From: Thraustochytrium aureum
Taxonomy: Eukaryota
Length of the DNA stretch: 20,000 nucleotides
Direction of reading: 5' to 3'
NCBI GenBank assembly: GCA_012862495.1
Contig: BLSG01000394.1
Location: forward strand, 53,685 to 73,684
Part shown: one piece after another, positions 1 through 8,003 of the stretch
How the letters are laid out: each line of letters begins with the position of its first letter
Position numbering within the stretch: the stretch's first letter is position 1
The notes under the pieces: generated by a model
Database searches by the model: none
Told to the model about the DNA's origin: nothing
The model's input: the letters and a program-made list of their open reading frames with translations, nothing else
Translations under genes and position numbers: made by a program

Positions 1-3000
1 TACTCTGCGTTTCGGTTCCTGCGGCAGGCAACCTTTGTGCGTGTGTTTGCGTTCACTTTCACCGAACCAGGAATCTACGTGTTTGGGGCGTCGCAGAATC
101 TTGAATTGGAGATGGTCGTTGCCGTGCAGAGCTCCGGGCGAGCATGCCCCACAGAAGACGCGATCGTTCCCAAGACTCCGTCGGCGCTGCTTGCTCTCGG
201 TGCTCGACGAAGCAGTGATCTCATTCTCGAGCCGGACTGGAACCTGATCGCAGCATTGTTTGGCGGCCTTCTCGGCATAGTCGCGCTTACGATTCTCGTC
301 TTGTTCGCCTTCCGCGAGTTTGCGCTCGGGACGGTCACGATTGTGCCCAAGTACCGCTCAAGGAGCAGCCTCACGGCGGGCCCCAAGAAGGCCACGATCA
401 AGAAGCGAGCCGTCAATCCGCTCCTTGGGGGGCTCAGCAAGCTCGGGATATCTCGCCGCGCTGGAAGCGCGAGCCATCCCGCCTCTCCAACGCCGCTTGG
501 CGCGGAAAGGTGGGGCGAGGAGGACCTGGACGCACGCCAGGTCGTGGAGCGACTTGTACACAACCACGGCGAAGTGCAAAACGAACTTGCGAAGCAAGAC
601 CACAAGATAGGCACGTTGTTTGACGAGCTCCGCGTGACTCTGCGGAACGAGACCACCCAACTAAAGACGCTTCTTAGCGCGATTCCCGGGCGTGTCACGC
701 TCGAGTCGGCCATCGCAGTCAGGCCAGCAGTCGCAGAGCTTGACTGGGCCACTGCGACAGCAGGCGACGAGAGCATCCCGCTTGACGTGATCCACGCCAA
801 GGAGCAAGCGCTGCTCGAACGAAAGTGGGAGCAGGAGGACACCGACGAGCTCGAGGAACTCGGGACGCGCCTCAGTCGCCAAGACTCGGCCGACCTGCTT
901 GAGCAGCAACTAAAGGCGGACGAGCAGATGGAAGACCTGGAACGTATGCTGCTCGAGCGCCAAGACATTTCCGAGGAAGAACGGGAGCGGATCCTCAAGG
1001 AGTTTCAGAATGACCAAAACGAGCTGCGCGAGTCGCTCGATTTGGAGAAGCGACGCCAGCAAGAAGACCTCAAGAATAGGCTCGCGCAGCGCAAACTGCG
1101 CAACCGGCGCACTGTGTCGCGTCGGCAGCGGCGCGCGCGCCGCACCGAGGCCCGGCTCGACGAAGTACGTGGAGACGAGAGCACGCGCTCACTCCTCACG
1201 GACAGCGAAGACGAATCTGTGCCGCTCAGCACCGCAAGAGCGGCCGCCGTGCTAAAGGAAGCGCGCTTGCTCGCAGCGCAAGAAGACTCTGAACTCGCAG
1301 AGATGGATCTCGGCCTGGAACGCGAACGCGTCAATGAGGCGTCCAAGGTGGCCGAGCAGGCCAAGCAGGAAAAGTTTAACGCGCTCGACGACAAGGAGAG
1401 GACCAAGATCGAAGCTGAAATGACCAAAGCTCGTGCCGCTGCACTTGCCGAGCAGGAGGCGGCTGCCACGGCAGAGCGCGAGGCGCTCGCGTCCAAGCTC
1501 CGCAGCGAGGCGCATGCTGCGCTTAACGAGTCGCTGGCGCTCGACGCGGACGGCACGACGGGGGCGCCGGGGCCGGGCCAAGTTGAAGAAGAGGCCGACC
1601 TCGTTGCGGAAGCAGTGCGCGACGCGCTGCAAGAGGTCAACGAGGAGGAGATCAACGAAAAGGTGAAGATTGAGCAAGAGCTCTTGTCCAACTCGCAGCG
1701 CGCCCAGGCCCAACTGCGTGAAGAGTTGGCAAAGCTAGCAGAGCAAGCCAAGTCTGACCCGAATGCCGCCCAGCTGGCGCAGGACCTCCGAAGGCAGCAC
1801 GAGGAGAAGTTTGGAAAGCTCAACGACGACCTTGCCGCCGAGCGCAAGCGGCGCTATGACCAGCTGCAGGCGCGCATCGCCGGGCGCAAGCGAGACAAGA
1901 TCAAGGCCGTCGTGCAAAAGGTCAGCGCGGAGCTTGGCGACGCAGTTGACCCGGACGACGTGGCGGAGGAGGTGGAGGAGATGGTCGACGCCAACATCGA
2001 GGAGTCCCAGGCCAGGGTCGAATTGGAGCTGCAAGAGCGGCACAAAGAAGACCTCGCACGACGCCTAGATCTGGAACGCCGAGAGGCCGCTCTTCTGCGG
2101 CGCGAGGCAGAGCTCATCGTCCAGGCAGCTGCCATCCAGGAGGGCAAGGACGCCGAGGAAGAGGTGCGCCGGCTTCGCGAGGCCCACGAGAGCTGCATCG
2201 CCAAACTCGACCTGGATCAGGCCAGCAAGCGCGAGCACCAGCGCGAGGCTTTGCGCCGCAAGGCGGACGCGCGCAAGAAACAGCGCCAAGCCGATCTCGC
2301 CAAGGCGCTTGCGGCCAAGCAGGCTGAGGAACTGGCGCGCGAAAAGGCTCGGGCAGAGGCGGAGTTGAAGTTGCAGGCCACAATAAACGAGGGCGACGAG
2401 GACAGCGACGCGGAAGACGAAGTAGCAGAGGCGGTCGCTGAAATGGTCGATTCTCGGGCAGAGCGTGTGTCCGAAAGCCTCAAGCACAACGCTGACGAGG
2501 CGCTGCGGGCAGAGACAGAAAAGCTGCAAAAGGAGCACGAACAACGCCTCAAAGAGATCAAGGCCAAGCAGGAGGAGGAGCAGCACAAGCTCGAGCAGGA
2601 GATGGAGGACGCCAAAAAGAAGCTTGTGCGAGAGCGCCTCAGCGAGGAGCAACAGGAGCGTGAACGGCTGGATGCTCTCCGACGCAAGGAGGAGGAAGCG
2701 CTGGCCCAGTCCGCAAAAACCGCGGAGGAACTGCAGTCTATCAAGGAGCTCCACGAGAAGGAGTTTAACGCCAAGATCGAGAAGCAGCGCGAGTCAAGGC
2801 AGCGCCAGCGGGACAAGCTGATGAAGAAGCTGGAGCAAAAGAAGGCTCGAAAGAAGGAGTTGCTAGAGACCAAGCAGGTCCTGGAGCTCGAGAGGGAGAC
2901 CGCGCCTCCCCCGGCCAGCGCGGAGCGCGCTCAGCGCGACCGCGCAGACTACTTGCAGCAGGAGGCAATGGCTGTCGCTGCGATCTTTCAGGAACCGAGC

Positions 3001-5376
3001 ACGCGGATGCTGAATGCGGCAGAGGTTTACCGGGCCGTCGAAAAGGTTGTGGAGCCGCGCCATGCCCGCGAGAAGGCCGCGCTAGCTGAGCGCCAGTACG
3101 CTGCACGCGCGGCAAAGATCAAGTCCGTATACGCCTCGTTGAACGAGGAGAAGCACGCGAAGAAGTTGGACTTGATTAAGAGTGGCGCCAAGGTGGAGGA
3201 GATGGACGCCCTCAACGCCCTCTTCAAGGACAAGATCAAGGCTGCCGAGGAGGAGTGCATCCAGGCGCTCAACCGAACGAACGCTGACGAAGAAGCCGAA
3301 TTGGTGCGAAGCCAGGCGGCGGAAATCGGGCGGTACGTGGCCAAGCACAGCATTGCACCGCGTGAGACGATCCAAATCGACGAGGAGAAGGAGCTCGTGG
3401 AGCTGCGCGCCCTCGTAGAGCAGGAAAGAGGCTCCAGACTTGAAGACATCAAGCGCGAGCAGCGTGACGAAGAGCAGCGGGCCAAAGATAGGTACGACCA
3501 CGCGATGCTGCAGCTCGAAAAGCGCATGCAGCTCGAGTCCTCCGAGGTCCGCGCCAAAGCAGACGCGCGCTTCGAGCACCACCAGAGACGGCTTTTGCGC
3601 GAACAAGAGGCCGTGCAGCGGGAACAATTGGTCAAGCTTGGGACGCTTTCCGGTCGTGACCACGCGCAGGTGCTCGAGCAGTTTGCTCTCGACCGTGAGC
3701 GACTCACGGAGGGGCTCCGGTCCGAGCGCGCAAGGCAGGCCAAAAAGCTCGAGAGCCGTGTGGCCCGTCTTAAGGAGCGTGCGGAGCGGGCAAGCCGCCG
3801 GGAGATGGAGTTGCGGCTCAAGGACGTCAAGGAACTCACGAAGCGCAAAGAGTTTATCCTCGAGGACTCTCTCCGCCGCATGTTTGAGCAACGCGTGCAA
3901 CGCCTGGAGGCCGTTCTGGCTTCTAGTGCGGGCGGGCCTGGGTCTCCGCCTGGCTCGCCGGTCCGCCGTGGAGCCCAAAGTCTCGCCGCAGAGCTTTTCC
4001 GGAACTACGCTGACATCGAGGCCGGGACGACGGAGGAGCTGCAGGCCTTCCGGCGTCGGTCGACGATTGGCCGCATCCAGGCGTTGCAAGACTTTGATAG
4101 CACTGGTGGTGGTGCTGGCGCGTTTGCACCCCGGACAGGGTTGGAAAGCGCGGCGGGCCCAGCAAATTCGGCCGTTGCAGCTCGGCTCGGCAGTATCGAG
4201 CGTTTGCTACACTCTTTGCAGCAAGGTGCAAGCGCGGAAGGCTCGGCAACAGCCGTGCCTCGGAGTGCTGCTTTGGCGACCTGCGTGGACCCGCTGGACG
4301 CGTCACTCACTAGTGAGGGCGGTGCAGAGGGCGCCACGACAGTCGTTTTCGCTGCCGACGAAGAGTTGGGCCCAGGCGAACGCGCGCGCCTTGCCTTTGG
4401 GCAGCGCGTCGTGTCCCTTGTAGGCATGAGCGACCGCCTGAAGCTCCGTGTCGCGCGGTCAGTGCCACGAAATGAGATTGGCCAGGGCTCGGCCTTTCGA
4501 AACTCGTTCCACTGGAACGCTGCGGCGAAAGAGCTGGCCATTAGAGTGGAGCGGCTGCAGAGTCTGGGAGACTTTTCGCTAGTCCTAGTGCACTGTCTTG
4601 CCCATATTCGGACGCATGGCGCAACGGGCCTGCCATTTGACGACGCAGACCCGGCGTTCGTCAAAGAGCTTTACGCCTTGTTGCGACGTGTAAACGGGTC
4701 GCTCCTTTCCGGAGGTGCGCCGCCAGATGAAGCAGGCCACCTCGGGGCCGGCGCCAAAAGCGCTGTGGCGCCTACCAAGTCTGAAGCGAGCGGCGTGCAG
4801 TCTCGCGTTGGGGCGTATGCTGCGTTTTCCAGCGGTTCTGCAGTCGACAAGCTGCTTCGTGAGCTAGGGGTGGACGTTGAGGACGACTCCTCCGGAAGCG
4901 CAATTCCGAAGTCCGGACGGTCGAGCACCGGCGGCGAGTCTGACACGGATCCTCTGGTTGCGCACCCAAGGGCCACTGTTGACTCGAGCAGAGCCCGCCA
5001 CATGGAGCAGAAGCTCGTGCAACAGCGCACCAAGGTTGAGCAGTTGATCAAGGAGTGTAAAGCTGGCTTGGGGAAACTTGACGAGGAGATACAGGAGCTC
5101 AACGAGACGCTCGGCCGCGATGGAGAAGACGAGGCGCGCAAGGAGGAGCTCGGCGAGGCGATTGAACTGGCCCTCTCAAGACGGGAGGGCGAACAGCGCA
5201 GGCTTGAAAAGCTCGAGTTGGAGCTTCGCGAGCGACGGGCTCGCGAGAGCAAGTTTCTGACCAAGTCGCCGAGCCTCCGTGCCACAATCGCTGATGGCCT
5301 CGTCGAGCAGCAAAAGCAGCGCGTGTCGCTCATGAACGTCGAGCCCAAGGATGACGACAAAGAAGAAGCAGCATAG
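1..5376 (+). CDS. 5'-truncated giant single-pass membrane protein (C-terminal ~1790 aa): juxtamembrane beta-rich module, TM helix, ~1100-aa E/K/R/Q-rich coiled coil, C-terminal globular domain. Resembles the C-termini of giant Cys-rich GCC2/GCC3 (ephrin-receptor-like repeat) proteins of flagellated eukaryotes
   Basis: Frame 1 is open from base 1 (YSAFRFLRQATFVRVFAFTFTEPGIYVF) to TAG at 5374-5376, so the start lies upstream of the window. Hydrophobic helix LIAALFGGLLGIVALTILVLFAF at ~244-312 follows PDW. Long charged helical region at ~500-3900. Globular block AFRNSFHWN...IRVERL...VLVHCLAHI...DDADPAF at ~4290-4690. The family link is from recall; the Cys-rich repeats are not in the window. Confidence 0.85.
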   Translation, partial: YSAFRFLRQATFVRVFAFTFTEPGIYVFGASQNLELEMVVAVQSSGRACPTEDAIVPKTPSALLALGARRSSDLILEPDWNLIAALFGGLLGIVALTILVLFAFREFALGTVTIVPKYRSRSSLTAGPKKATIKKRAVNPLLGGLSKLGISRRAGSASHPASPTPLGAERWGEEDLDARQVVERLVHNHGEVQNELAKQDHKIGTLFDELRVTLRNETTQLKTLLSAIPGRVTLESAIAVRPAVAELDWATATAGDESIPLDVIHAKEQALLERKWEQEDTDELEELGTRLSRQDSADLLEQQLKADEQMEDLERMLLERQDISEEERERILKEFQNDQNELRESLDLEKRRQQEDLKNRLAQRKLRNRRTVSRRQRRARRTEARLDEVRGDESTRSLLTDSEDESVPLSTARAAAVLKEARLLAAQEDSELAEMDLGLERERVNEASKVAEQAKQEKFNALDDKERTKIEAEMTKARAAALAEQEAAATAEREALASKLRSEAHAALNESLALDADGTTGAPGPGQVEEEADLVAEAVRDALQEVNEEEINEKVKIEQELLSNSQRAQAQLREELAKLAEQAKSDPNAAQLAQDLRRQHEEKFGKLNDDLAAERKRRYDQLQARIAGRKRDKIKAVVQKVSAELGDAVDPDDVAEEVEEMVDANIEESQARVELELQERHKEDLARRLDLERREAALLRREAELIVQAAAIQEGKDAEEEVRRLREAHESCIAKLDLDQASKREHQREALRRKADARKKQRQADLAKALAAKQAEELAREKARAEAELKLQATINEGDEDSDAEDEVAEAVAEMVDSRAERVSESLKHNADEALRAETEKLQKEHEQRLKEIKAKQEEEQHKLEQEMEDAKKKLVRERLSEEQQERERLDALRRKEEEALAQSAKTAEELQSIKELHEKEFNAKIEKQRESRQRQRDKLMKKLEQKKARKKELLETKQVLELERETAPPPASAERAQRDRADYLQQEAMAVAAIFQEPSTRMLNAAEVYRAVEKVVEPRHAREKAALAERQYAARAAKIKSVYASLNEEKHAKKLDLIKSGAKVEEMDALNALFKDKIKAAEEECIQALNRTNADEEAELVRSQAAEIGRYVAKHSIAPRETIQIDEEKELVELRALVEQERGSRLEDIKREQRDEEQRAKDRYDHAMLQLEKRMQLESSEVRAKADARFEHHQRRLLREQEAVQREQLVKLGTLSGRDHAQVLEQFALDRERLTEGLRSERARQAKKLESRVARLKERAERASRREMELRLKDVKELTKRKEFILEDSLRRMFEQRVQRLEAVLASSAGGPGSPPGSPVRRGAQSLAAELFRNYADIEAGTTEELQAFRRRSTIGRIQALQDFDSTGGGAGAFAPRTGLESAAGPANSAVAARLGSIERLLHSLQQGASAEGSATAVPRSAALATCVDPLDASLTSEGGAEGATTVVFAADEELGPGERARLAFGQRVVSLVGMSDRLKLRVARSVPRNEIGQGSAFRNSFHWNAAAKELAIRVERLQSLGDFSLVLVHCLAHIRTHGATGLPFDDADPAFVKELYALLRRVNGSLLSGGAPPDEAGHLGAGAKSAVAPTKSEASGVQSRVGAYAAFSSGSAVDKLLRELGVDVEDDSSGSAIPKSGRSSTGGESDTDPLVAHPRATVDSSRARHMEQKLVQQRTKVEQLIKECKAGLGKLDEEIQELNETLGRDGEDEARKEELGEAIELALSRREGEQRRLEKLELELRERRARESKFLTKSPSLRATIADGLVEQQKQRVSLMNVEPKDDDKEEAA

Positions 5377-5702
5377 ACTCGGATGGGCCTTCAAGTTGTA
5401 CTCTTTTCTCAATCAATAGATCTTGATCAAGGAAGAGGAGTGTGCCGAGAAACCGACCCTCGGAAGCGGCGCGAGAACTCAGTACTCTACCACTCCGCGA
5501 CCTTGCGTCTAAATAATGAGATTCACATTTGCATTGTATTGTCGACGAAATCGGCGACCTCTGGACTGGGGTGGTTGCTGGAGCCCCGAATCGGCAGGAG
5601 GGTCTGGCCCAAGTATGTCTGTCCACGCCATTGCCTGCCACGGTCTCTGCTCGGCAGGCTCCACACCACTGCCTGCCGCGCAGAAATCGCGACTGGGCCG
5701 AG

Positions 5703-7706
5703 CTACTTGTGCCTCCCCCGGGAGATCGGAACGTGGGCGGTTGCAACCAGAGCGTCGCCAACAATGCGCTTGGCTAGTTTAGGGCGGTACTTGCCCAAGC
5801 CTTCTGCAAGGAGTTGAATGTCGCCAAGGTAAGCCCGCAGGTTAGCCGTTCCTGACTGCTGCACGGCATGCGGCCGCACACGCAGTTTGACTCCTCCGAC
5901 GTGATCGCCACGGACGCAAGTGTCGTACTTGGCAAGCTCGTCGCGAAGCTTGTTGCACACACGCGCTAGGCGGCCAGCGTGGTGGTCGACCCACTGCGCC
6001 GTGTGCAGCGACGCCTGCATTAAGGTAGTTGGGCGGCCCAGGATGGTTATTTTGCTGCCAACGAAGAGGTCCCAGGCTTCAAGGGGGCCGCGCTTTCCCA
6101 CCAAGTGCGAGAACGTGAACACTCGTTCGGTTCCCTGAATGACCACTTGAAAGTTGCCCGAGTCGAGATGAAAGTACACGTCGATGTGGCGCTTCGGGCC
6201 AGTTCCAGGTACTTGAGAACTTTCGTTCCACCAAGAGCGAAAGCTGAGCAAGGTGATTTCGTGCAGGGCAATAGGCCTTACTGACGACGCCCGCAGTCGC
6301 AGCGCCTTGGGATTGTTCGCGACCTCAAACGCGCTGAGATTTCGACGCACGGCAAACGTTTGGGATGCGTGTGATTCCATCAATCCATTGTAGTCTTGAG
6401 CGACAATCCCGTCCTCCGCGCCGGGCTCCGTTGCTCGCGCGCGCTGCAGGGCAAAGTTGTAAAAGTATTGGAGGCGGCGCAACTGCCGTGCGGAGCGGGC
6501 CTCGTGCGTGCCTTGGTTGCCATGGCGGCCCTGCTCGTCGAAAAAATAGTAGAACGGAATCCAAACACGAGCAGGATCCAAGCGGGTCGCGCTGTCACCG
6601 CTGCCGCTGCCGCTGCCACCGGTCAGCTCGGAGATCTGGCTGAACTGCTGCCTTTCATGCGCAACAAGGTCTGTAAAGTACGACGTGGCTGGGTGCTCGT
6701 CAACAAGGTCGCCAGTCACGGTGTTTCTAAAGCGCGGCTCGCATGGGGAGGCGTCCTCCTGTGCCAAACCGACCACCGCCTCCCACTCGCTTGGCAATGG
6801 GGTCTCTAGTGCTTGACGAACGACGTACAAAAGCCAGGGCTCTCGCTTCGGGTCGATTCCCCACTTGGCGGCTAGCTTTGCGACTTGTACGTGCGATATC
6901 CGCGCATACGGCCCGATAGGCCAGGCGCCGACCTCGCTCGGCGCTGGTAGAAGCGCCTCAACAAGCGCTGGGTCCAGCGTAGCCCCAACGGTCTTGCTGT
7001 GAGTTGCAATGGAAACGCATGACTCGAGGAGGTCCACAAAGTCCTCAAAGTCTAGCGCGTGGCCGACTGCTGCCCCCAGGCGCTCGACGACCGTAGACTC
7101 GACGAGAGGCGGGAACCAGTCGCATGTGGAGACGAGAGCTCGAACTTCTACGCGGTCTGCGAACGCGTGCATGATCGAGTCCGGCGCGATCGTCGTCCCT
7201 TTGCGCGATCCGTAGGCGGTCTTGGCCTCCGCGTCTTGCAGCTGCTCGTGTTCGTGTTCGTACTTTTTTTCCTCGCAACCTTTGAACTCCTCGCTTGCAG
7301 AGGACTCCGCGATGCCGATGTCTTCCGCTTTGCCAGAAACGACCTCGAAGGCCTTGGTCGCGTTGAAGACTTCTCGGAGAGCGATGCGGTCTTTGGAGGA
7401 GATCGCTCTGGAGGATGCTGGGCGATGCTTGGACCACAGCTCAGCGAAGTCCCTGCACGGCAGCACAGCTGTGCCCGTCTCGAGGAGCGCGAGCAGGAAA
7501 GCGTCCGACAAGCCCTCTCGGACGCACAAGGGCCGGAGCCAGTAGCTTGCGTACAGCAACCCGCGGGTCTCCTCGTCGCTGTTCCGGATCCGTTCAAACA
7601 GCCTCCGCACATCGATCATCGGCGGCTCGCCGTGCTGCTCGGAGGCGTCCTCGGCGAGCGCTTTCGCGAGCAGCTCCAGTGCGTCCAGCCCGTCGTGCGA
7701 CCCCAC
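5703..7706 (-). CDS. CEP164-like WW-domain + DM10-like domain protein (probable ciliary/basal-body protein); 5' end uncertain
   Basis: 667-codon ORF. AAKWGIDPKREPWLLYVVRQALETPLPSEWE...FRNTVTG...EHPATSYF (~6660-6880) matches the CEP164 N-terminal helix+WW pattern (GIDP..E..L....L.APLP..W...HP). LSFRSWW...KRHIDVYFHLDSGNFQV...WDLFVGSKITILGRPTTLMQAS..TAQW (~5985-6255) matches the DM10 pattern (DL.VG..I.I.GR). EF-hand-like LDFEDFVDLL near 7030-7060. The ORF opens on GTG with an in-frame TGA at 7749-7751, so the true start is either the ATG at 7619 or an upstream exon spliced at gcgCAG (7713-7711). Confidence 0.8.
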   Translation of the reverse strand: MGSHDGLDALELLAKALAEDASEQHGEPPMIDVRRLFERIRNSDEETRGLLYASYWLRPLCVREGLSDAFLLALLETGTAVLPCRDFAELWSKHRPASSRAISSKDRIALREVFNATKAFEVVSGKAEDIGIAESSASEEFKGCEEKKYEHEHEQLQDAEAKTAYGSRKGTTIAPDSIMHAFADRVEVRALVSTCDWFPPLVESTVVERLGAAVGHALDFEDFVDLLESCVSIATHSKTVGATLDPALVEALLPAPSEVGAWPIGPYARISHVQVAKLAAKWGIDPKREPWLLYVVRQALETPLPSEWEAVVGLAQEDASPCEPRFRNTVTGDLVDEHPATSYFTDLVAHERQQFSQISELTGGSGSGSGDSATRLDPARVWIPFYYFFDEQGRHGNQGTHEARSARQLRRLQYFYNFALQRARATEPGAEDGIVAQDYNGLMESHASQTFAVRRNLSAFEVANNPKALRLRASSVRPIALHEITLLSFRSWWNESSQVPGTGPKRHIDVYFHLDSGNFQVVIQGTERVFTFSHLVGKRGPLEAWDLFVGSKITILGRPTTLMQASLHTAQWVDHHAGRLARVCNKLRDELAKYDTCVRGDHVGGVKLRVRPHAVQQSGTANLRAYLGDIQLLAEGLGKYRPKLAKRIVGDALVATAHVPISRGRHK

Positions 7707-7816
7707 CGCCCTGCGCAGGGCTTTTGCTCGCGGAGGCGCTGGCAGGGTTCAAGGGCGTGCTCGTGCGCCGGCGGGGGGCGTGCTCGCCGCTGGCGTATGG
7801 CGAGAGCTCTGGCCGC

Positions 7817-7931
7817 NNNNNNNNNNNNNNNNNNNNNNNNNNNNNNNNNNNNNNNNNNNNNNNNNNNNNNNNNNNNNNNNNNNNNNNNNNNNNNNNNNNN
7901 NNNNNNNNNNNNNNNNNNNNNNNNNNNNNNN
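7817..7931. other. Assembly gap (115 N)
   Basis: Run of N. Confidence 1.
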
Positions 7932-8003
7932 CGACACGAACGCCAACGGACCGGACCCAACGGCTCTGGGCAATGGAGAGCGGGTCTTTTGCTGCGTGCA
8001 TGG

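Noticed and set aside
75..5360. Series of long antisense and alternate-frame ORFs over gene 1
   Set aside because: Ser/Arg/Leu-rich shadows of a GC-rich, codon-biased coiled-coil gene, with no domain motifs.
5383..5817. 144-aa + strand ORF between the convergent genes 1 and 2
   Set aside because: No recognisable features and it overlaps the 3' end of gene 2; likely 3'-UTR sequence.
7059..8003. N-terminal extension of the 1142-aa ORF that contains the TTL domain
   Set aside because: It reads through the N-gap and is antisense to the WW/DM10 gene, so it is an artefact of translating Ns.
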